Source of the DNA: Pyrinomonadaceae bacterium | GTDB lineage: Bacteria; Acidobacteriota; Blastocatellia; Pyrinomonadales; Pyrinomonadaceae | Length of the DNA: 24,000 nucleotides | NCBI GenBank assembly: GCA_036389315.1 | Contig: DASVQF010000028.1 | Span: 7,429-31,428, forward strand | Reading direction: 5' to 3' | In this document: one piece after another, positions 1 to 8,080 of the stretch | How positions within the stretch are numbered: the stretch's first letter is position 1 | How the letters are laid out: every line of letters starts with the position of its first letter | Notes under the pieces: model-generated | The model's database searches: none | What the model was told of the DNA's origin: nothing | What the model saw: the letters and a program-made list of their open reading frames with translations, nothing else | Program-made: the position numbers and the translations under genes

Positions 1-65
1 ACCCTCGGCCCACATAATAAGGGTTCAGCGCAGATGGCCCGGAGTACTCTTAGAGGATCACGCCC

Positions 66-2348
66 TTGAGCTATAAACCGCAACCTCTCGACACGGAACG
101 GGTCACTCTTCCCCCGGAGATTATCGAGCTTACGGAGCAATTGGCCCGCAATGCGCACGAGAACTGGGCGCGGAAGCGTCTGGCGGACGGCTGGCGCTAT
201 GGCCCTCGGCGCGATGACGCGCGCAAGGAGCATCCCGGCCTTGTCCCTTACGACGAGTTGAGCGAAGAGGAGAAGCAGTATGATCGCACGACCGCCCTTG
301 AGACGCTGAAGGCGATACTGCTCCTCGGCTATCGCCTGGATGCGCCGAGCCGCGAGGGCGGCGAAGAGGCTCACGCTTCGACCGACAACGAGCTGGCGGC
401 CTTGCGAGCGACGCTCGACAACCTGAGCACGCTTGATCTGGCCTCACTCTTCACGCTCTGGCAGTCTCACAACCCCGAGCAGTGGTCTAGCACGCCGGAC
501 ATCTACATCAGCCTCGGCGACCAGATACTCAAGTCGGGCGAGCCGCTGCTGGCCCACGACGTTCTGCTCGAAGGCTTGAAGCATTGGCCCATGAACGTGC
601 GTCTCAGGCAGTTGCAGGCTCTCGCCCTGGCGCGCAGCGGCGCGACCCAGCGGGCCAACAGCATTCTCATACAGCTTCACAAAGAGGGGCACACGGACGA
701 GGAGACCCTCGGGCTGCTGGCGCGCACGCATAAGGATTTGTGGGCCCGCTCGGCCGACCCCGAAGAACGCGCCCGCCAGTTGCGCCTGGCCCACCTGGTC
801 TACATCGAAGCCTATACTTTGAGCGGCGGCTACTGGACTGGAATCAACGCGGCGACGATGGCGCTCTTGATGGGCCAAAGGGAGCAGGCCGCGCAGTTGG
901 CCCAGGAGGTACACGAAGCTTGTCTGATGGAGTTGGCGAAGACCAGGGACGGAGACGCCAATCGCTATTGGCTGCTGGCGACTTTGGGCGAAGCGGCTTT
1001 GATCCTGGGCCAATGGCGCGAGGCCGAGGATTGGTACGCGCAGGCTGCTGCTCTGGGGCGCGGGCGCTTCGCCGAGCTGAACTCGACGCGCCGCAACGCC
1101 CGCCTCATCATAGACGCGCTCGGGGGCGTGCGCGAGCCCTTCGAGCATTACTTTCAGATTCCGAGCGTCGTCGTCTTCGCGGGCCACATGATAGACAGGC
1201 CCGAGCGCATGAGGCCGCGCTTTCCTCCGCAGCTTGAGCGGCGCCTGCAGGCGGCCATCGCCGGGCGTCTCAAAAGATTGAATGCGGGGGTGGGCTACGC
1301 TTCGGCTGCCTGCGGCTCGGACATCCTCTTTCTGGAAACCCTTCAGGAGATGGGCGGCGAGACGCACGTCGTCCTGCCCTACAATCAGAAACAGTTCATA
1401 GAGGACAGCGTGGAGATCGTCCCCCAGACGGATTGGGGCGCGCGCTTTGAGCAGGTCTTGCGTCGCTCGACGGATGTGCTGGTCGCCTCAGAGCAGAGGA
1501 TGGAGGGCGGCGTGCCCTTCGAGTACACGAACCTCTTGCTGCACGGAATGGCGAGCATTCGCGCCGACCAGTTAGAGACGGAGCTGATACCGCTCGTCGT
1601 GTGGGACGGGAAACGTGGCGACGGCGCGGGCGGAACCGAAAGCATCGTCAATCACTGGCGAGCGATGGGCCACCGCGTAGAGGTCATAGACCTGGCGGAG
1701 CTACTGCGCGAGGAGTGCCCGGAGCTGAGCGTTGGGCCAACGGAGCACGAAGCCCCGTTGCAGGAGGCCACGCCCGAGGAGACTGAGGCTGCGGAGTTCA
1801 CCACGCAGATGATCGCCATCCTCTTTGCCGATGCGGTCAACTTCAGCCGCCTCACAGAAGACGAGCTGCCCCGTTTCGTCCGCCACTTCCTCGGGATGAT
1901 CGGCGAGCTGGCCCTCGGCTCGCGCCATGCTCCGGTGATGAAGAACACCTGGGGCGACGGGCTCTACTTTGTTTTCCGCAGCGTGCGCGACGCAGGGCAG
2001 TTCGCGCTTGAGCTGGCCGAGCGCGTGGGCCACACCGACTGGACTGAGAAGGGCTTGCCGAAAGATATGAACCTGCGCATAGCCCTGCACGCCGGGCCCG
2101 TCTACGCCTGCATTGATCCGGTCACGCGCCAGCCCAATTACATCGGCACGCACGTCAGCCGCGCCGCGCGCATCGAGCCCATCACGCCGCCCGGACAGGT
2201 CTACGCCAGCCAGGCGTTTGCCGCCCTCGCCTCGGCCCAGCACGTCACGGAGTTCACCTGCGACTACGTGGGCCAAACCCCGCTCGCCAAAGGCTACGGC
2301 GTCTTTCCCACCTACCACGTCAGAAAGACAATGATGAAGGATGAATGA
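66..2348 (+). CDS. Multidomain signalling protein: N-terminal RyR domain, TPR/TRAFs-binding (DUF4071-like) region, SLOG/TIR-like Rossmann domain, C-terminal class III adenylate/guanylate cyclase homology domain
   Basis: 760-aa ORF with TTG start. RyR-like 'WARKRLADGWRYGPRRDDARKEHPGLVPYDELSEEEKQYDR'. TRAFs-binding-like 'YTLSGGYWTGINAATMALLMG...YWLLATLGEAALILG'. SLOG-like 'VVVFAGHMIDRPERMRPRFP...ASAACGSDILFLE'. Cyclase motifs 'AILFADAVNFSRL', 'NTWGDGLYFVF', 'YIGTHVSRAARIEPITPPGQVYAS'. Confidence 0.85.
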   Translation: MSYKPQPLDTERVTLPPEIIELTEQLARNAHENWARKRLADGWRYGPRRDDARKEHPGLVPYDELSEEEKQYDRTTALETLKAILLLGYRLDAPSREGGEEAHASTDNELAALRATLDNLSTLDLASLFTLWQSHNPEQWSSTPDIYISLGDQILKSGEPLLAHDVLLEGLKHWPMNVRLRQLQALALARSGATQRANSILIQLHKEGHTDEETLGLLARTHKDLWARSADPEERARQLRLAHLVYIEAYTLSGGYWTGINAATMALLMGQREQAAQLAQEVHEACLMELAKTRDGDANRYWLLATLGEAALILGQWREAEDWYAQAAALGRGRFAELNSTRRNARLIIDALGGVREPFEHYFQIPSVVVFAGHMIDRPERMRPRFPPQLERRLQAAIAGRLKRLNAGVGYASAACGSDILFLETLQEMGGETHVVLPYNQKQFIEDSVEIVPQTDWGARFEQVLRRSTDVLVASEQRMEGGVPFEYTNLLLHGMASIRADQLETELIPLVVWDGKRGDGAGGTESIVNHWRAMGHRVEVIDLAELLREECPELSVGPTEHEAPLQEATPEETEAAEFTTQMIAILFADAVNFSRLTEDELPRFVRHFLGMIGELALGSRHAPVMKNTWGDGLYFVFRSVRDAGQFALELAERVGHTDWTEKGLPKDMNLRIALHAGPVYACIDPVTRQPNYIGTHVSRAARIEPITPPGQVYASQAFAALASAQHVTEFTCDYVGQTPLAKGYGVFPTYHVRKTMMKDE

Positions 2349-2400
2349 AAGAGCTGCTGGCTTTTCATTCATCCTTTCGTCTTCCGCCTTCTGCATTGCT
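2331..2400. repeat. Copy 1 of an intergenic imperfect palindrome built on 7-bp units (TTCATCC/TTCCGCC)
   Basis: atgatgaaggatgaatgaaag-agctgctgg-cttttcattcatcctttcgtcttccgccttctgcattgctttt. Arms are complementary with few mismatches. Lies at the convergent 3' ends of the cyclase and htrA genes. Confidence 0.7.
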
Positions 2401-2401
2401 T

Positions 2402-3925
2402 TTACTGCTTGGGCTGCACTGTGATGTAGGCGGGCTGGCCCCGGCGATTGACGAGCAGGAGCACGGGCCTCGTCGTCGGGCGTTGGAGTGCCGCCGTCAG
2501 CTCTTGCGGCGTCCGCACGGGCTGGCGATTGATCTCTTCGATCACGTCGCCCTCGCGGATACCTGCGTCGGCCGCCGGGCCATCCTCGTCAACGCTCGTC
2601 ACGACGACGCCCTTCGCGCCGCTCTGTAGGCCCAGTCGGGACGCCAGCGCCGTCGTCAAAGGCTCGACCGTGATGCCGAGCTTGCCCGTGCTTCTGGAGT
2701 TGGGGCCGCCCGTCCCGGTCTCCGCTCCTTCGTCCTCTCTCTTCTCGGCCGTCAGCTCGCTGACAGTCACTTTAAACTGCTGCTCGCGATTATCGCGCAT
2801 CACCGTGACGGTCGCTTCAGCGCCGGGCGTGGTGCGTGCGACCTGATTGCGCAAGCTATTGCTGTCGGTGACGGGCGTGCCGTTGTAAGCAGTAATCACG
2901 TCGCCACGACGAATGCCAGCGCGCTCGGCGGGGCTTCCGGGCTCGACCTGCGTGACGATTGCGCCGCGCGCCTGCTGAAGCCCGAGGCTGGCGGCCATGT
3001 CGGCCGTGACGGGCTGTATGCCGACGCCCAGTTTGCTGCGGCGCACGCGCCCGGTCTTGACCAGTTGATCCATCACGCCGCGCGCCATATTAGAGGGAAT
3101 GGCGAAGCCTATGCCGATGTTTCCGCCCGAAGGGCTGAGAATCTGCGAGTTGATGCCGATCAGCTCGCCCGAGGTATTGACGAGCGCGCCGCCCGAGTTG
3201 CCGCGATTAATCGCCGCGTCGGTTTGCAGAAAGTCTTCGTAGCTGCCGTCGGAGAGGCCCGTCGAGCGACCCTTAGCGGAGATGATGCCGGAGGTCACTG
3301 TCTGGCCTATGCCGAGCGGGTTGCCGATGGCCAGCACCACGTCGCCTACACGCACGCTGTCGGAATCTCCGAGCGGCAGCGCCGGCAAGCCCGTCGCATC
3401 AATTTTGAGGACGGCCAGGTCGCTCAGCTTGTCCGTGCCGATCACTCGGGCATCGAACGTGCGATTGTCCGTCAGCTCGACCTTAATCACAGTCGCGTCT
3501 TCGACGACGTGATTGTTGGTCACGATGTAGCCACTAGGAGTCACGATCACGCCCGAGCCGGTGGCGCTCGCCTTGCGCTCACGCTGCGGCGCGCCCGGCG
3601 TTCCCTGCCCGAATGGAAACGGGAAAGGAAACGGAAACTCTTCGACCTGGCCCTGTCGCACGCGCATCTCCGAACGAATTGTGACGACGGCGGGCGCTAC
3701 GCGGCTGACGACATCGGCGTAAGAGGTCGCGACCGCCGGCGTGGCGCTGCTGCCGCCGCTCGCGGAAGCTGGCCGCTCCGCGACGGCCAACTTCTGCGCG
3801 AAAGAAGCCTGGCCCGCAAAGGCCAGGAGCGAAATCATCATCACGACCAGCACAAGACTTTGCCGAGCGCCGGCCGCAACCTTCATGCCCTTCACTAAAA
3901 ATCTTTTGGTTCTCATAACTCTCAT
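2402..3925 (-). CDS. htrA: HtrA/DegP-type periplasmic serine protease with two PDZ domains
   Basis: Trypsin-like triad motifs 'TNNHVVEDA', 'DLAVLKID', 'NRGNSGGAL'; PDZ-like 'GAIVTQVEPGSPAERAGIRRGDVI' and 'GVVVTSVDEDGPAADAGIREGDVI'; N-terminal hydrophobic signal. Exact start codon uncertain (ATG 3925 or internal ATG near 3886). Confidence 0.93.
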   Translation of the reverse strand: MRVMRTKRFLVKGMKVAAGARQSLVLVVMMISLLAFAGQASFAQKLAVAERPASASGGSSATPAVATSYADVVSRVAPAVVTIRSEMRVRQGQVEEFPFPFPFPFGQGTPGAPQRERKASATGSGVIVTPSGYIVTNNHVVEDATVIKVELTDNRTFDARVIGTDKLSDLAVLKIDATGLPALPLGDSDSVRVGDVVLAIGNPLGIGQTVTSGIISAKGRSTGLSDGSYEDFLQTDAAINRGNSGGALVNTSGELIGINSQILSPSGGNIGIGFAIPSNMARGVMDQLVKTGRVRRSKLGVGIQPVTADMAASLGLQQARGAIVTQVEPGSPAERAGIRRGDVITAYNGTPVTDSNSLRNQVARTTPGAEATVTVMRDNREQQFKVTVSELTAEKREDEGAETGTGGPNSRSTGKLGITVEPLTTALASRLGLQSGAKGVVVTSVDEDGPAADAGIREGDVIEEINRQPVRTPQELTAALQRPTTRPVLLLVNRRGQPAYITVQPKQ

Positions 3926-3979
3926 CCTCGGATTCCTGCTCTCTCATCCGAACTGTTCGGCCTTTGCCTTTCGGCCGCT

Positions 3980-4546
3980 TCAGTACAGCTCACCCTTGCT
4001 ATCCTCCGTGCGCAGGTTGTTCGTCACGGAGAAGGAGCCCGGCACGGTTCTGGCCGCCATGTAGGCCAACTGGCTGTCCATCTTGTTTGCGACCACGCCT
4101 TCCAGGGTCACATGGCCGCGCTTGACGACGATGTGTATGGAAGGGTTCGCGCCCAGGGCGTAGCGGTAGAGACTGCCCGTGTTGAAGATGCTGCGATAGG
4201 TGCGCAGCCGTATCTCGTCGTCGAAGGGTGAGAGCGGCAGCACCTCTATCTGGTTGACGACGCGCTCGATGCCCGGAATGCGAGCGACGCGCGCGCCCGC
4301 ATCGCTTCTGGTGGTCGGGCGCACGACCTGCCCGTAGAGCGTCACAGTACCTCCCTCGACCTTGTAAGCGAGGTTATCGAATACTCCGTACCAGGGCAGC
4401 GTCACCAGCTCCTTGCGTATCTTCTCCACGATCTGTTCGTGGCCGAGCACGCGCTCGTCAGTCTTTGCCGGAGCGGCGAAGGCAGACGATGCGGCTATCA
4501 AGAGCACGGCGACAATTGCGATCAATCCGGTCTTAATCTTATTCAT
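3980..4546 (-). CDS. Secreted BON-domain protein
   Basis: Signal peptide 'MNKIKTGLIAIVAVLLIAASSAFA' starts at ATG 4546. The ORF-track start at 4753 overlaps the MarR gene and is probably spurious. Two BON-like units: 'VEGGTVTLYGQVVRPTTRSDAGARVARIPGIERVVNQIEVLP' and 'VKRGHVTLEGVVANKMDSQLA'. Confidence 0.82.
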   Translation of the reverse strand: MNKIKTGLIAIVAVLLIAASSAFAAPAKTDERVLGHEQIVEKIRKELVTLPWYGVFDNLAYKVEGGTVTLYGQVVRPTTRSDAGARVARIPGIERVVNQIEVLPLSPFDDEIRLRTYRSIFNTGSLYRYALGANPSIHIVVKRGHVTLEGVVANKMDSQLAYMAARTVPGSFSVTNNLRTEDSKGELY

Positions 4547-4595
4547 ACTCTTTAAATTTCCCTTCCCCTTTTGCTTGATCTGAAACTTCCCCCTT

Positions 4596-5069
4596 TTAAC
4601 TTTCCAGCCCTCTCTTCGTGATCTTTCGTTCGTAATCTTCGAGGGCCGCGACCATCTTTTCCAGGGCCGCGACGACCTGCGCCTGCTCCTCCTCCCCGAG
4701 GCTTTTGAAAGCCTCGCCGAAGATGAAGGAGCGGCGCTGGCGGAACTGGTCAACCAGGCGCTTGCCGCGAGGGGTGATGGCGAGCTGTATGGAGCGCCTG
4801 TCGGAGTCGCCCGTCCGGCGCTCTATGAGGCGCTTGCGCACCAGGCGATCTGTCAATTGCGTGCTGGCCGGGGCGGAAATCCCCAGCTCCAAAGCCAGTT
4901 GCCCGGTCAGGACTGGCCCGCGCCGCAGCAGCCTCAAGACCTGCGCCTGCAAGAGCGTCAGGTCAAGCTCGGCCAGGTGCTTCTGGTGCTGCTCGACGAG
5001 CAGCTTCGACATCACTTCCGCGAAGCTGTTCATAACCTCCAGCGCCCGCGCGGGCGAGACGGTCGCCAT
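4596..5069 (-). CDS. MarR-family transcriptional regulator
   Basis: Winged-helix pattern 'LTLLQAQVLRLLRRGPVLTGQLALELGISAPASTQLTDRLVRKRLIERRTGDSDRRSIQLAITPRGKRLV'. Confidence 0.92.
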   Translation of the reverse strand: MATVSPARALEVMNSFAEVMSKLLVEQHQKHLAELDLTLLQAQVLRLLRRGPVLTGQLALELGISAPASTQLTDRLVRKRLIERRTGDSDRRSIQLAITPRGKRLVDQFRQRRSFIFGEAFKSLGEEEQAQVVAALEKMVAALEDYERKITKRGLES

Positions 5070-5104
5070 TCATCCCTCTCCTGCTGCTTAATCTGGCTGC
5101 ATAT

Positions 5105-5118
5105 TTAAGATGCCTTAA
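5105..5118. promoter_or_regulatory. Possible operator palindrome TTAAG-ATGC-CTTAA in the MarR / PilZ divergent intergenic region
   Basis: Perfect inverted repeat in an AT-rich patch (catatttaagatgccttaacc), 36 bp upstream of the marR start. Confidence 0.35.
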
Positions 5119-5249
5119 CCAAAGCGGAGTTGCCCGGGCTGCGGGCCCCCGTGGAGAGCCGTACAACGTTTCGCCGGACGCAACATCTAAACCGTGACTT
5201 GGCAGCAGGTTTTTATTTGCCGAGAAGGTTTTTAACAAGCGGAGAAGAG

Positions 5250-5624
5250 ATGTCATACACGGAATTTGAACAGAGCACGGGGCCGCGTTTCCTGGTCAAC
5301 CTGCCGGTGCGTGCGGAATGGGACGAGGAGACGACGGGCAAGCGTATCGTCGCCGAAGGGACGACGGAGAACGTCGGCCCGGCGGGAGCATTGGTCACTT
5401 TCGAGCGGCTCCCGGCCGTCGGCAGCCGTATACGCCTCAGCGTGGCGGGCGCGCGCGGCTCTCATATCGAAACGGTGGCGGAGGTCGTCCGCCTGGTACG
5501 CGACCTGCGCCAGCCGCTCGCCTCTCTTTCGATCATCAAGTCGAAGAAGGAATGGCGCGGCAATGTCTGGGAACCGGCCAGGCTTCAGGCCACACAGCCG
5601 GCCTCGGCGAAGGATGAAGAATAA
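5250..5624 (+). CDS. PilZ-like domain protein
   Basis: ATG 5250 preceded by GGAGAAGAG. 'RFLVNLPVRAEWDEETTGKRIVAEGTTENVGPAGALVTFERLPAVGSRIRLSV' follows the PilZ fold pattern, though the RxxxR motif is degenerate. Confidence 0.65.
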   Translation: MSYTEFEQSTGPRFLVNLPVRAEWDEETTGKRIVAEGTTENVGPAGALVTFERLPAVGSRIRLSVAGARGSHIETVAEVVRLVRDLRQPLASLSIIKSKKEWRGNVWEPARLQATQPASAKDEE

Positions 5625-5643
5625 GCTGTCAGGCGGTAGCTCG

Positions 5644-5661
5644 ATAGCTCGCGCGAGCTAT
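5644..5661. repeat. Perfect 18-bp palindrome ATAGCTCGCGCGAGCTAT
   Basis: Sequence equals its own reverse complement; followed by ttaaaaa. Confidence 0.8.
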
Positions 5662-5672
5662 TAAAAACTAAG

Positions 5673-5722
5673 AAAGGGTGAAACCTCCTCTGGCCTTGTC
5701 AAGCCACAGGTTTCACCCTTTT
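5673..5722. terminator. Bidirectional intrinsic terminator between convergent genes
   Basis: Perfect 14-bp inverted repeat AAAGGGTGAAACCT (5673-5686) / AGGTTTCACCCTTT (5708-5721), with a T-run downstream and an A/G-rich flank upstream. The loop contains a secondary TGGCcTTG/CAAGCCA pairing. Confidence 0.75.
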
Positions 5723-5737
5723 CGCTTTGCTCTTTCT

Positions 5738-6241
5738 TTATGGCTGCGGGGCGGAGGCGGACTGCGCCGTATCGGTCGTGCCGCCCTCCTGCGAGCCTCC
5801 CGCAACGTCAGCGCCCAGCAGCTCTTTGATCTTGCCCGTGAGCGCCGGCAGCACCACTTCGCGCCCGGCCCTCGACAGCTCATTCAACAAGCGGTCTCCG
5901 AGGCTCGAAAGCTCCTCCTGTAAACGGTCGAAAGCCTGCGTGTTCTTGAACTTTTCGATCAGGCCCGGTTTGCCCGCGCCTTCCGCCAGCCCCCAATCCT
6001 GTTTGCCGCTGACGTAGGACGTGTGCTCGGCCGCCGCACTCGCCGTGAGGCCGCCCTGCGACCCTGCATCCTCTTCGCCGAACGCACCGGCCAGCCCGTA
6101 GCCGACCAGAATGCCTGCCGCCAGCGCGCCCGCGCTGAATGCCAGGGGGTGCTCGCTGATCTGCGCCCGCCAGTCAAAGCCGCCCGCAGCAGTCGCCGCC
6201 GCTGCTCCGCTCTGATCGTTTGAAGATAATTGACTAGACAT
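5738..6241 (-). CDS. Hypothetical Ala/Gly-rich protein with one hydrophobic (membrane) segment
   Basis: Likely start ATG 6241 preceded by GGGAGAG. Central hydrophobic stretch 'HPLAFSAGALAAGILVGYGLAGAF'; low-complexity termini. The ORF-track start at 6445 looks too long. Confidence 0.6.
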   Translation of the reverse strand: MSSQLSSNDQSGAAAATAAGGFDWRAQISEHPLAFSAGALAAGILVGYGLAGAFGEEDAGSQGGLTASAAAEHTSYVSGKQDWGLAEGAGKPGLIEKFKNTQAFDRLQEELSSLGDRLLNELSRAGREVVLPALTGKIKELLGADVAGGSQEGGTTDTAQSASAPQP

Positions 6242-6715
6242 ATCTGCTCTCCCTGCTCGTTTAAGAGAATTTAAGCATTGCCCCGCGACCCTATCCGAGT
6301 ATTGATGTTTTGTTATTACAGAGATTTCACGGATTCGTTGCCGGAAGGAGCCTGCTTGCAAGTGGGGCCGGGATAGTGCATGATGGACTGGTTGGTTCTC
6401 CTTCTCTCGCGCATCAGCGGCGATCTGGCCCCGCACCTCGATCAATTTGGCGGCGGCGTTACGGATAGTTCGAGAGCAGGCTGATTTTGTTCAATTTCAG
6501 AAGCCACTTTCGCCACCGAGATAGCATCCCGTTCGCAAAAGCCTTTAACGGCCGCCGCCTGCGCCGAAGCGACCTTGAGCGTGAAGCTTCTTTTCATTTC
6601 CCCCGACAGAGGAAACGGATATACGTATGTCCGGACAATAGCGGGGCTCGCTGGCCCGGCCCTGAAACGTGAATGCTGAGACGCGCATCTAACCTATTAA
6701 AAGGAGAAATTTAGT

Positions 6716-6937
6716 TTGGCAAAAGAAGATCTTATTCCGGCGGAGGGCGTCGTGGTGGACAAGCTGCCCAACGCCTTCTTCAAAGTGAGACTCGACGGCA
6801 GCGACCATGTCGTTATGGCGCAGATTTCCGGCAAGATGCGCAAGAACTTTATCCGCATTCTGGCCGGCGACCGCGTGAGCGTCGAGCTTTCACCTTATGA
6901 TCTGACCAAGGGCCGCATTACTTATCGCTATAAATAG
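6716..6937 (+). CDS. infA: Translation initiation factor IF-1
   Basis: 73 aa, '[73 protein letters not shown]' is a full-length IF-1 OB-fold protein. TTG start at 6716 with AAGGAG upstream. Confidence 0.96.
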   Translation: MAKEDLIPAEGVVVDKLPNAFFKVRLDGSDHVVMAQISGKMRKNFIRILAGDRVSVELSPYDLTKGRITYRYK

Positions 6938-6994
6938 GGCTTGAGACGGCTGCACACCGAAGAGGCGGACATCAGCCACGGAGAGAAGGATATA

Positions 6995-7351
6995 ATGGAA
7001 AAACAGATTTACGCAGTCGGTGATCGTGTCGAGAAATTGTGTGACGTGTGCGAGGAAGAGCGCGGCCATGTCGTCGCATCCGTCACCAAGCGCGGCACTA
7101 TCTCGCGCGTCAGTTGCCCGAAATGCGGAACGCGCAGCGCCTACAAGAGCCGGGAGGCGGACGGGCATGTGCGTGCGACGGCGAAATCCGGGGCCCCTTA
7201 TGATCGGACGCGCACCTATCGCGCCGGACAGACCATGATGCATCCGGTCTACGGCATGGGCGAGGTGACGGCCGTCATCGAGCCGCAGAAGATAGACGTG
7301 CTTTTTCCCGACCGCATGCGCCGTTTGATTCATTCCCGTGCTCAAGCGTAG
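6995..7351 (+). CDS. Small protein with a CxxC zinc ribbon and a CarD-like/KOW-like C-terminus
   Basis: ATG 6995 preceded by a GAGAAGG-type RBS. 'CDVCEEERGHVVASVTKRGTISRVSCPKCG' zinc ribbon plus 'YRAGQTMMHPVYGMGEVTAVIEPQKIDVLFPDRMRRLIH'. Confidence 0.6.
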   Translation: MEKQIYAVGDRVEKLCDVCEEERGHVVASVTKRGTISRVSCPKCGTRSAYKSREADGHVRATAKSGAPYDRTRTYRAGQTMMHPVYGMGEVTAVIEPQKIDVLFPDRMRRLIHSRAQA

Positions 7352-7601
7352 AAGATTGAAGACCCTCGCCCTGCGCAAAAGGCAGCGCCGCAGAATCCTT
7401 CCCGCCTGGACGCGCGCCGGGATGCCTCTGACGTTTCGCGCAGAGGTCATGCCCGGACGCTCTGCCAGCGAGCGTACATATACTGTGCTGCGCATACTGG
7501 CGAGCGGGCGAGTCGAGCTGATCGGAATGGCTGGACAGCACGGCGCGGCGGAATTTGAACCGGCGCGGGCTTGAGCCGCTCGGCCCGCGAGCGAAACCTT
7601 A

Positions 7602-7871
7602 ATGAGCAATCATCCCCTATACGTCAAAGAAGACCCCGCTTCGAGGAGAATCGAGCTGCGCGAGCGCGGCATCTACAGCTTTCCCGACGGCGAGGAGTTT
7701 GTGGCGAGCGTGGCGCGCGGCGGCGGCTACGCGCTCTACGACCCGCAGGTCTGGAAGCGTTACGGGATGCCCGATTACGAGATAGATGCTAAGGGGCGTA
7801 TGACGCACGTCGGCCAATCGACGCACTGGCGCATAGAAGACCTGACCGATACTGGGCGGACGGCCGATTGA
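7602..7871 (+). CDS. Hypothetical protein (89 aa)
   Basis: Uninterrupted ORF with ATG start and plausible composition; no family recognised. Confidence 0.5.
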   Translation: MSNHPLYVKEDPASRRIELRERGIYSFPDGEEFVASVARGGGYALYDPQVWKRYGMPDYEIDAKGRMTHVGQSTHWRIEDLTDTGRTAD

Positions 7872-8080
7872 AGCCAGAGATTTGAGAGCCTCGCCGCCGA
7901 AGCGCGTTTCCTTCCCCTGAGCCTGCAAGCCTTCCCCTCATCGCTAGCCTTCTTTTTATCGCCCCTTCTTCCTATAATTCGAGCGAAACCGCCGAGCGTG
8001 GTTGAGCGTATAGGGCTCCGGAGGTAATTATTTTCAATACCGGCGACAGCGGGGCGGGCGACGGAAAGCATCTAAAGATC

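Noticed and set aside
444-1367. 307-aa minus-strand ORF opposite the cyclase gene
   Set aside because: Shadow ORF opposite a multidomain protein with clear motifs.
66-2348. Pycsar-type anti-phage system
   Set aside because: No adjacent effector (TIR or transmembrane with cyclic-nucleotide-binding domain) is visible and the cyclase is a large fusion; kept only as a test hypothesis for product identity.
2345-2629. 94-aa ORF 'MKELLAFHSSFRLPPSALLLL...' as a gene
   Set aside because: Starts within the repeat and runs antisense-frame through the htrA 3' end; the FRLPPSA sequence is translated heptamer repeat.
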